Positions 8,876 to 18,900 of a DNA stretch of 64,000 nucleotides are shown here, one piece after another. A program made the position numbers and the translations under genes. The stretch covers positions 78,292 through 142,291 of the forward strand of contig DATMGL010000008.1 of the NCBI GenBank assembly GCA_035555575.1, given 5' to 3'. The notes under the pieces are model-generated. The model was not told the origin of the DNA. It did not search any database and was given only the letters and a program-made list of their open reading frames with translations. The stretch is from Sphingobium sp. Lineage in GTDB: Bacteria; Pseudomonadota; Alphaproteobacteria; Sphingomonadales; Sphingomonadaceae. Each line of letters opens with the position of its first letter. Within the stretch, counting starts at the first letter, position 1.

Positions 8876-9514
8876 TCATCCATGATCGAGCAGCCGCAGC
8901 AGATCGGGTAGCCCCTCGGCACGCAACCCGTAGCTGCGCCGGCCGGTCTGGATCAGGTCGAATGGCAGGTTGTGATCGGCGAACCCGTTCCGCAGGCGGC
9001 AGATATAGACTTTGATGACTCGCCGGGAGCCGGATTTGACGCCTGCCGCATGAGCCAGCTCGTCCTGGGACACAAATTCACCGGCGGACATCAACAGCCG
9101 CAGCAAGACACCCGCTCCTACCTGCCCGAGTGACGGGAAGCGCTCGCGGATGCGCAGCCGGACGATTTCATCCCAGATCGGCGGTAGCGCCGCCGCCTTT
9201 CCCGACACCGCCATCTTGCGTTCCAACAAGGCCGAAAGCGCCTTGTCCGTTGGTAACGCAAATGCTTCGTCAAGCACGGATACCGGCTTGCCGTGCGGTT
9301 CTGACAACGGCGTTGGGCGACCATGGTCACCGGCGTCTGCTATGCCGTCGCCAAGCAGCGCCTTGAGCGTCGAGGTCGCCTCCTGGATCAACCCGAGAAG
9401 CTGGTTGACCTCGTCCCATCGGTCGGCGCGCCGGACCAGGCGCGCGGCTGGCGCCAAGACCTCATCCTGCGGAGCGCAGGCCTCGACCGGTCTTGAGGAA
9501 GCCCGGCCGCTCAT
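8876..9514 (-). CDS. OmpR/PhoB-type winged-helix DNA-binding protein without a receiver domain
   Basis: LLRLLMSAGEFVSQDELAHAAG...RRVIKVYICRLRNGF...IQTGRRSYGL is a Trans_reg_C pattern. ATGA overlap with the upstream gene. Confidence 0.7.
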   Translation of the reverse strand: MSGRASSRPVEACAPQDEVLAPAARLVRRADRWDEVNQLLGLIQEATSTLKALLGDGIADAGDHGRPTPLSEPHGKPVSVLDEAFALPTDKALSALLERKMAVSGKAAALPPIWDEIVRLRIRERFPSLGQVGAGVLLRLLMSAGEFVSQDELAHAAGVKSGSRRVIKVYICRLRNGFADHNLPFDLIQTGRRSYGLRAEGLPDLLRLLDHG

Positions 9515-12500
9515 CGGACAGCGCCTGTGTCACCGGCAATGGCGAGGGACGGCAAGCATGGGCGTGACGGCATAGCAGGGGCAGCGGCCGATGCGGCATT
9601 CTCCACCAAGGACGCCAGGCAATCCTTGATCCGCGTCCGCGTTTGCTCGGGCACGTCGTCGAGCGCCAATATGGCGTCGCAATATCGAGCGCATTGGCGA
9701 TACTCGCCGGCGAGCCGGGCATTCAGCGCGGTCTCTTCGAGCAGCCCATAGTGATAGATGCTCGAAAGCAGAAACAGGCCATCACGCTTCTTCCCTGCGA
9801 ACCGAAGGCCTTGCTCGCCCACCGCGAACCCCTCAGCGGGTCGCCCCGTCATTCGCAGCAGCCGGCTCAGACCATGATAAGCCTCCAGGCGATCCGGCGC
9901 GATCTCCATCGCGCGACGGAAGGTGGCCTCCACAACCGCCAGCGGCCAACCGAGCTGCGCTTGCAAATCGGCCGCGCGGTAGGTGGCGATGAACTTTTCC
10001 TCCGGCCAGCCATCCATGGCCGCGCGGCGCAGATAGGCGTCGAGCGCCTTGGTGAACTGACCGCCATCCTGATAGCTCTGCCCCAGATAGAAGAGATAGC
10101 GCGATCGCAGCTTCGGCTCCCGTTCACGGTCGAGCGCTCGCTCGAGCAGAGCCGCATCCTCCTCATATTTCCGGCGGTTGCGACTGCGCGCCCCTCGCGA
10201 ATGGGCCTTTATATAGAGGCCTTTTGCCGCCTGCCTGCCGACGCTATCGGCGGGTGGCTCGATATATTCGTGCACGACACCGCGATAGCGGAACGCCTTC
10301 GCATTGCGCAAAAGCTGAACGCGCGCAAAACGCAGCGCGCCATAATGGATGGTCAGATCGTAACTGTCGGCCACGAGGCCCGCCTTGAATGCCGTCGCGT
10401 CGAAGCCATCCTCCGGGACAAGCAGATCGTCGGCATCGAGCACCAACGCATAATCAATGTCGTGACAGGCCCGCAGATCGGCGAGAGCGCGGGTGCGGTT
10501 CCAGGCGAAATCGCGCCACGGCACCTCCACCACCGTGCCTGCAACCCGGTTTTCTGCCAGCCATTGCCGCACCACCTGCTGCGTGCCATCGGTCGAACCC
10601 GTATCCTGCACGAGCACGAAATCAACGATGCCCCGCACGCTGTCGAGGCTCTCCCGGATGATCGACGCTTCGTTCTTCGCGATCATGCACAGGCCGATGG
10701 ATCCGGGCCGGGGCGGCGCCTTGCGAGCATAGGGGGATGCAGACAGCGCCGCCGATGCCGCACGATCGACGCATAGCGGTCGATCATCATGCCAGGCCGC
10801 GAGTTGCGCCACCTCATCGGCCAGCATCTGCGCACCGGCCATCTCACGCCATGGCTCCACCGCCAATGTCCGCTGCCCAATGGTCTGCAGAGGCGCCAGC
10901 AGGCCCTTCATGCGCCGGCTTGCGCCCTCGGCCACGAAGAGCAGGTCGACCCGATCCAGCGGGGCCCCCGTCCTCAGCCAGCTTTCATCATCGACCAGCG
11001 CCACGATCGCATCGACGCCGGGGTCGACAAGCAACGCCTGCACCGCATCGAACGTCCCGGAACTGGCCAGATCGACAGGGCAACCATCGACGGAACAATG
11101 TGCCGGCAGGACGAGCCCGAGGGTCAGTCCGCGCGCGCGGAATGCCGCCACCATGATCTCCGGCGAGAGCATGTCGACGGGGCCCAGCGCAACCACCACG
11201 GGAATGCGGCCATCGCCCGCGAACAGGTCCGCGACCAGCCGGAACGGCACGTCAGGCGCCTCGATGGAAAATTGTGGCTGGGCGTTCACTTCGCAGATCG
11301 CCCCGCCCACCTCACGCCAGGACCGGCTGACATCCGGAATGATCAGGTCGATGCCGGCAATGTCCAGCCGCATGAGGCGTGCCGCGCGGATGGCCAGCGC
11401 CTGATTATCGGGATGGACCCGTGCGCGGACGTTGACCGGCGTGCCCCCCGACGAAATATTGGCGGCCGAACACAGACGCACGAACTGCCCCTGTGCCGGA
11501 ACATCGGTCAGGTCGAGGCCCTGCGTCGCGAGCAGAGCCTCGGCTTCCGCGTTGACTGAGAGCGGCGACATGAGGGACCAGTTCCGCCGCCCGCGCCGCA
11601 CATCCTGATTGGCAAGGTCGATCAGTTGCTGAACGGATGACGTGCCATCGCCATGCACCCCGGCCGGCTCGCGCATCGTCGCCCAGGCAACCTGCCCATG
11701 AACCACGCCAAGGCGCACATCCTCCCCCGGCACCTGTGTCTCGACCACGATCCGGGCGCTATGGCGGCGGGCCAGATCATAGGCCTGACCGACGGCCGCC
11801 TCATTATCGAGGCCCGCGGTCACGCCAACGCCGCCGTCGAGATCGGCCGGCTTGACCACGACAGGGAACCCCAGCGTCTGTGCGGCGGTTATTGCGGCTT
11901 CCCGCGTCGGCACGTCGACCTGCCGCGGCACCGGCACGCCACGTGCTGCCAGAAAACGGCTGGCGGCCCGTTTGTCCCGCGCGATGCGCGTGGCGATGGC
12001 CGATGTGCGATCGGTCACGCTGCTATCCACCCACCGCGACCGCGAGCCCCAGCCGAACTGGATCGCCCGACCGGAGACGGCGCATGACGGCACGCCCAGC
12101 CGATAGCCGGCATCGATCAGCAACCGCATATTCTGCCCGCCGGGCGCGAATCGGGCCAGCTGCGCAATCACCTGCTCCAGCGCGGCAGGCAGCTGCGCGA
12201 ACGAGCGGCCGGCGAGCCAGACGTTCAGGATGCGCATGACCTCGGGCGCGACGCCCGCCAGCAGCGCCGGATGGGGCGACGGGCAGATCAGCTGCATCGT
12301 CCATAATCCGGGCTTTTTCGAGCCCGCCGGGGACAGGCTCGTCGCCACCGGCCGGGCGAAAAGCGTCAGCCCCGCGCTTTCCTGAACCGAGGCCAGAAGA
12401 TGACCGAGAAGCTCGATGGCATAACGCGCTCGCGCCGGGAACCCGGCCTGCTCGACCGAGCCGGCGAAGGTGACACCCAGCCGATCGGCGGACAGCGGCG

Positions 12501-12837
12501 CCAGTTGCGCACGGATGGCGGGCAAGTCGTGCAAGGCATCCAGGCGCCGGATCTTGTCTTCGTCCACGACCAACTGGATGATCGCCGCCGATTGCGGCAT
12601 CGCCGGCATCACGCCCCGCATGACCTGTATCCGCCCCGGTTGCAACGCCTGCGGATGGCGGCCGCGGCCCTTCACCTCGGGCGGGAGCGCGGGTCTCCTG
12701 TCCGCGGTTCGCCGATGGACATGCGCCCGCTGCGGGACGGCAGGCGGGCGGCACGGTTCAACCATCGCCTCGCCCCCCGGCCCCAGTTTCACCGGACCCC
12801 GCGTCAATTCCTGTTCCGGCTCCTGCCCGATTTGCAC
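9511..12837 (-). CDS. Fusion of a cyanophycin-synthetase-like ATP-grasp ligase, a degenerate Mur-like region, a GT2 glycosyltransferase and TPR-like repeats
   Basis: ATP-grasp: RDKRAASRFL..GVPVP, GFPVVVKPADLDGGVGVT, ANISSGG, AGIDLI, CEVNAQP. GT2: LCMIAKNE, VQDTGSTDGT, LVLDADD, YRGVVHE. TPR-like: RYLFYLGQSY...ALDAY. The start is uncertain. Confidence 0.82.
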   Translation of the reverse strand: MQIGQEPEQELTRGPVKLGPGGEAMVEPCRPPAVPQRAHVHRRTADRRPALPPEVKGRGRHPQALQPGRIQVMRGVMPAMPQSAAIIQLVVDEDKIRRLDALHDLPAIRAQLAPLSADRLGVTFAGSVEQAGFPARARYAIELLGHLLASVQESAGLTLFARPVATSLSPAGSKKPGLWTMQLICPSPHPALLAGVAPEVMRILNVWLAGRSFAQLPAALEQVIAQLARFAPGGQNMRLLIDAGYRLGVPSCAVSGRAIQFGWGSRSRWVDSSVTDRTSAIATRIARDKRAASRFLAARGVPVPRQVDVPTREAAITAAQTLGFPVVVKPADLDGGVGVTAGLDNEAAVGQAYDLARRHSARIVVETQVPGEDVRLGVVHGQVAWATMREPAGVHGDGTSSVQQLIDLANQDVRRGRRNWSLMSPLSVNAEAEALLATQGLDLTDVPAQGQFVRLCSAANISSGGTPVNVRARVHPDNQALAIRAARLMRLDIAGIDLIIPDVSRSWREVGGAICEVNAQPQFSIEAPDVPFRLVADLFAGDGRIPVVVALGPVDMLSPEIMVAAFRARGLTLGLVLPAHCSVDGCPVDLASSGTFDAVQALLVDPGVDAIVALVDDESWLRTGAPLDRVDLLFVAEGASRRMKGLLAPLQTIGQRTLAVEPWREMAGAQMLADEVAQLAAWHDDRPLCVDRAASAALSASPYARKAPPRPGSIGLCMIAKNEASIIRESLDSVRGIVDFVLVQDTGSTDGTQQVVRQWLAENRVAGTVVEVPWRDFAWNRTRALADLRACHDIDYALVLDADDLLVPEDGFDATAFKAGLVADSYDLTIHYGALRFARVQLLRNAKAFRYRGVVHEYIEPPADSVGRQAAKGLYIKAHSRGARSRNRRKYEEDAALLERALDREREPKLRSRYLFYLGQSYQDGGQFTKALDAYLRRAAMDGWPEEKFIATYRAADLQAQLGWPLAVVEATFRRAMEIAPDRLEAYHGLSRLLRMTGRPAEGFAVGEQGLRFAGKKRDGLFLLSSIYHYGLLEETALNARLAGEYRQCARYCDAILALDDVPEQTRTRIKDCLASLVENAASAAAPAMPSRPCLPSLAIAGDTGAVR

Positions 12838-12922
12838 GGCCAGACATGCCGAATTTCGTTATCGTGACGATCATCGCCATCGTCCCCCCCTTTCAACGCC
12901 AGCGTGAAAGCCCGGCGGGCAT

Positions 12923-12960
12923 GGGGATCGCAGGGGTGATCCGCCACCCCTGCGATCCCC
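12923..12960. terminator. Strong hairpin just downstream of the giant gene
   Basis: GGGGATCGCAGGGGTG-ATCCGC-CACCCCTGCGATCCCC is a perfect 16-bp stem. There is no clear U tract, so it may be a stabiliser or attenuator. Confidence 0.55.
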
Positions 12961-12966
12961 CATCAA

Positions 12967-15900
12967 TCAACCGACATCGACAGGATGCATCATCAGCAGA
13001 TTGTCATAGGACGTGCGGCCAAACTCACCGCCCGTGGTGTGGATAATCGCCAGCAATGTCAGTTCATTGGCATCGATCGTGTGGTCGTTATTGCTGGACT
13101 GGGTATGAGCCCAGATCGCCGTGGTTGTCGGATCGTCATGCGCGTTGATCGCGAAGATCGAGCTGTTCTCGACATGATCCTCGCCATGGGCCGTCAGGTA
13201 GAACAGTTCTTCCAGACGTTCCGCCACCGCGTTCGCATTGGACAGCGCGCTCACATCCAGCCCGCTCACGCCACTGCTCACGAACCCGAATTCGTCGGTG
13301 TCGAGATCGAAGTGGGCGCCGGCGGTCGTGCCATGGACGTAATCGATACCGCCCACCACCGTGCTGGCTTCGAGTGCTCCGTCCAGAACGATCACATCGC
13401 GATCCACCTGGAAGTGGTTGATGACGTCCGGCCCCGCATTCGCCTGCGCCACCGTGGACTGGAACACATGATCCCAGGTGAAGGCGGCAAAACCGTCCTG
13501 GATATCGTCATGGTGGAACCCGTCTTCACCGGAATCGCTGTCCGTCGCTTCGCCATGATAGGCCCCGCTCACGGCCGTGTCCGATCCCACGCCCGGATCG
13601 ACGTCGTAATAATCCTCGCCATCCACCGTGCTGTGGCCATCCAGATGGTCCGTGTGGAGGCCATCGGCATCATAATAGCCGCTGGCGCCGCCATAATGAT
13701 CGTCGGAGCCCGTCGAGACATTCGCCTCATTATACGCCGGCGACCCGTCTGCGGCAGTGTAGCTTCCGTCAGGGTTCTGATGCGTCTGCTGGACGCCATG
13801 CTCGCCGCTACCGGCCGCATCGCCATAGAAGCTCGGGTCCGTGCCATCGCTGCCGTCACCGGCATTGACATAGCCCTGATCGATCCAGTCGGGACCGACG
13901 CCCTCCTTCATGTCGTTCCGGATGTCGAGACCGAGATCGGCAAACTCGCCATCGTCGAGCGCAAGCGTCCCGCCGTTGGTGACGTCCGTGAGCAGATAAC
14001 TGCCCGAGCCATCCTCGCCGCCCTGATAATGCAGGATCGCATCGTTGCGACCGGCCTGCCCGCCTGCGCCATCATGGCCATCGGCGATCGACGTCCCCTC
14101 CGCGCTGCCGGTGAAGTTCACGCTGCCGGCATGGATTTGCTCCGCCGTCACCGAGAACTCCAGCGTCGCGCCCTTGTAGATGGCCGCTTCGATCTCCGCC
14201 AGCGGGCCCAGTACCGACTGGCCATAGGCATCCGCCGTCAGCAGCAGGGTCACCGATGTTCCCGATGTGCCCACGGTGAAGATGCCATCGCCATCGCGTG
14301 AGCCCCGCTCGATCACGCCCAGCGCGTCGCCGGGGTGGTCAACGCCCAGTTTCGCGATCAGCGCATCCAGAATCACCGACGATCGTTCGGCCGTCGGGAT
14401 GCCGAAGAGATCCAGATCATGCTCACCCGGCATGCCATTCGTGCTGACGGTGATGCTCGTGGTCACGCCAAGCAGCGTGAGCTTAACCACACTGCCATCG
14501 GCGATATTGTCGAGCTTGGAGTTGTTGAACTCGACGACGATCTGCTGGAATTCGCTGCTCGTCGTGTCGACCCTGTCATAGGAGATGCCGCTGACGTTCA
14601 GCTGGTCCGGGCCGGCATGGGCACCGTGCACCACGATATTCGTGCCGTCGAAATCAACCTGGCCGATCGCCATATTGGCGTCCGTTCCGCCCAGATCGGT
14701 ATCGAGCAGCGTCAATATGGCCTCGCCGCCGGTCAGCGCCGTTCCTTCCAGAATGATCTTGCCGTCAGCGATGCTGGCCGTGACACCGTCGAAACTCTCC
14801 TCAAGCCAGTTCATGAAGTCGCTGACGGACGGCCGCGCGCCGCCCGGCTCCGCGACCAGAGCCGGGGTGAAGACATGAGTCTGCGGCACGTCGTCAATGG
14901 TCAGGGTGACGCTCACCTTGTCCATGGAGATTGCGTCATCCGCCGAGATCGCCCGATCATCGCCCGTCTGGATGACCAGCGCGCCGCTGTCGTCATGGTC
15001 GTCGCGGACGATCGCGGCGGTATGCTCGACAAAGCTGCCGTCGCGCGCCTCGATGATCGCCTGGGCGAGCGCACGGATCGTGTCGCTCTGCGTGCCCTGC
15101 ATGTCGGCGGTGATCGTCTGGCCCGCGACAGTGATGCTGACCTGGCCGCGGTCACCATCCTCATTGACCAGTCCGGTGGCGAAATCGACGTCGTCAAAGT
15201 CGATCGTGGTGATCTGCTCGCGCGCCGCCACGCTCATATGGATATCGGTCACGACGATCTCGCCATAGCCGTCCACCGCATCAGCGGCGGTGAAGTGGAG
15301 GCTGCCATCCTCACCCACCGTCACCGAGGAGAATGCGCCATACAGGCCGGCCTGCGGCTCATGCGCGCCATTCAGCGCGGCATCGAGACCGAGATCGCCA
15401 CTGTTTACACCCGTGATGCTCACGCTGATCGGCCCGAAACCCGGCTGGCTGACGATCACGATGGACGTGCCGTCCAGCCGGGCGCTCGCGACACCGGTCT
15501 GGCTCTCCAGGGCGCTCAGCAGATCGTCCAGCGTGCTCCCGGCCACGATGGCATTCACGCTGCCGCCGTCGCTGCCGGCAAAGTCAAAATCGAGCACCCA
15601 GTTCGCGCCCAGAACGCTGCTTCCATCCAGACTGCCAAAATCGCTCAGATCGATGACCAGTTCCGCATGATTCACCTGCTCCCAGATGGCGTCGCGCAGA
15701 TTCTGCAACGTCGTCTCGGAGTCGCCGTCATGCACGTTCGTCAGCTCGCCCTCGACGATCCCCACGACAGAGCCGCCAACGAGATACCAGCCAGCAAAAC
15801 TGTCGACCACGCCCTGCACATCGGCATCATAGACGATCGTCCAGCCGCCGTCGGCGAACGTCACGCTGTCCACCCCGCTCAGCGTTTCGATCCACTCGGC

Positions 15901-18900
15901 AAGGTCCTGCATGGTAGCCACGTCAGCACCCTGATCGGACAAGAAATCCTCTGACAGATGGAGGTCTTTTTCCGTCAGATAGTGGGTGAACTCCGCTGTC
16001 GTATATGACGTCCCGTCGATCGTGATGGCGAATGCAAAGTCGGCAGACCCGATGAAACTGCCCTCACCGGCGTCACGGCCATCAGGGCCGGTATATGTGG
16101 ACGATGCCGCCTTCATCACCATGTCGGTCTCGACCGTCACGCCATTGACCGTGATGCCGATCTTGCCGCCGTCATAATAATGGTCGGTATTATGGCCAAA
16201 AGCGGCGTCGGCTTCCTGCCGCACCGTCTCGCGGCTCAACACCGCCTCGGAGATGGCGAACTGTTGCTCTACCGCATCGGCCGATACGATCGTGATCGTG
16301 CCATCCGCCCCCAGCACGGCATGATCGATGATACCGTTGAGCGCGCCGTCGGAGCCGGCGACGCCGGACGCGGAGCCCGTATCGCTCGCCCAGCCCTGCC
16401 CCTCATCGCTGACGTCGAATGCGAGGTCATAGGCCACGTCGATGAAGGCGCCGGCGCCCGTGGCGTCGGTCGTGATGACGATATTGCCATCCTCGTCCAG
16501 CGTGGCCGTGCCGACGCCGGGCAGACCGGAAATATAGGCCAGGAAACCACCCAGATCGGTGAATTGGCTCAGGTTTTCCCCGAACGGGTCCCACACGAAC
16601 TGACCGTCCCCTATGTCAACCATGTCGCCGCCACCGGAATAGGTCACCGCGTCCTCGCCCATTCCGACCGTCACCGACCAGGAGGAAACGTAAAGGCCTT
16701 CGTCGAAATCCTCGCCGCCATTGGTGACGCCATCCCAGAGATTCTCGGAACTGGCCAGGACAACTCGTGCTGCCGCGTCGCTCGTCGGCCCGGCCGCAGC
16801 GCTATTAATCGCGTCGACCAGATTTTTCAGGCTCGCCTCGCGGTCGCCCGCGACCATATTGGCCTGGATGTGAACGATGCCACCTTCCTCGCCGGGCGTC
16901 GTGTCGATATCCAGCGAGATGATGCCGCCATCATAGTAATTGCCATCCGCGTCATAGTCCGCGGTCGCGATCTGGTGGACGCCTTCATAATCCATCGTCG
17001 CATCGGACACGGCGAATGTGTCCTTGCCGACCTGCGCCGCCGTGATGGTGATGGAGGTGCCATCGGCCTCGGCATGGCCGATGAAGGACAGCGTTGCAGG
17101 GTCGATCACCGACAGGTTGAAATCGACGCTCAGGACAGCATCGGTCAGGCCGATATCGATCTGTATTCCGCCGGTGATTATCGCATCCTTCGCGACCCTG
17201 ACGTCAAGGCCATCACCCGTCTTGTTCAGCGACCAGACGGCCTCTCCCGCATATTGCTCGTTCACCCAGGCGAGCAACTCGCCGAGCGTGTGAATATCCG
17301 GCAGTTCCTCACCATGATAGTCACCGCTCGGCAGGGAGACGCCGTTCACGGACATGTCGAGGACGATCTTCGAGTGGTCGAAGTCCGTGGTCAGCACAGA
17401 GTCGAGAGTCAGCGCGGCATGACCATCCATGTCGAAGGCATAATGGATGACCTGCCCCGTGGCCGCGTTGATCGCATCGGCCAGCGCCTGCGCGGTCCCC
17501 TCGGGATCGCCGATGGTGACGCCGTTGGCGATGTCGACCCGGCCGCTGCCCTCGTTCAAGATGAGTTGAAGCGCACCGACACCATCGCCAGGCTCATGGG
17601 CATATTCTGCCCCGCCGATCAGATCGATCGAACCGATGCTGCCCGCTTCATAGGTTATCGTGATGCCATCTGGACCCGCAACCGCGCTCGCCACCCCGTC
17701 GAGGCTCGCGATCCAGTCCGCCAGATCGGCAAATGTCGCTTTATCGCTCCCATCGACACCTTCCCCATTCACGAGGGAAAGGGAGGGTGCCAGATAGGTG
17801 ACGAAGTTGCTTGCGGTATATGTCCGGCCATCCACCGTGATCGAGATAGCGAACGGAGCGCTGTCATCATCGCCGATATAGTGATCCGCACTATAGCTAT
17901 CCGTGGCCAGCGTAGAGACCATCCTCGTCACCATGTCGGCCGACACCGTCACCGGCGTTCCGTCGATCAGTCCGCCGTCACCATCGCTGATGCGCGGCAC
18001 GAAGGTGGCGTGGACCTTGCCGCCCTCGAAATAGACGTTGGCGAAGCGGTCGGCCGCATCGGCATGCGCGCCGGCCTGCGCGCTATAGCTGAGCGCATCC
18101 TCCAGCGTGATCGTCGCGGTCTGCTCCTCGCCGCGATAATCCTGCATGACCTTCGTCACATCCAGCGCGTCGGGCGATTCCGCCGAGGCAACCAGGAGGA
18201 CATTCACCGGACCCGGCACGATGCTCGGCAGATATTCCAGCGTTGCGCTCTCGAGCAGCAGGGCGCCGGCGCTGTCTTCAGCGATCGCCGCGTTGATCGC
18301 CGTCACCAGCGCCGCGATCGAGCCATAGGCGCTGCCGGCCACCATGTCCGCATCGATGGTGACGCCGTTGATCGTCACATGCAGCTGCCCGCCCGCATAA
18401 TAATCCGCGTCAACCTCGCTGAAGCTGAGTGTCAGCTCCTGCTGGATGCCGGGCTTGTCGATCTCGCCATTGTCGATGGTGAAGGTCGGTGCATCATCGT
18501 CCGTGTCCGGCACGAAACCGGTGAAGGTGAGCGTGGTGCCGTCGCTCGCCACGGCCTTGATCAGATCGACGAGCGATCCGCCGACGGCCGCCGTGTCGAC
18601 CGCCTCATGCGCCGTGTCGCTGATCGTGATGCCGGTTATCGAGACGCTGTTCTTCTCCGCCTCGGTTCCGCGCACCTCGCCGGTGATGACGAGATCGCCG
18701 TCCTTCAGCGCAACGGACTGCACGCCCCCGACGGCGCGGATCGCGTCCATCATCTCGCCCATGGTCGTGCTGCCCTCATGGGTGAGGGTGACCGCAACGC
18801 CATTGATGGTCAGCGTCAGCGCATAGCCGCCGAGCACGGCCTCCTCGCTGCCCTGACCGTCCAGATCGATCGTCGAATAGGCCGCCGTGATCGCGGTCAT

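Noticed and set aside
9511-12837. Annotation as a true cyanophycin synthetase cphA1
   Set aside because: The Mur-ligase P-loop is missing, there is no cphB, and the protein is fused to a GT2.
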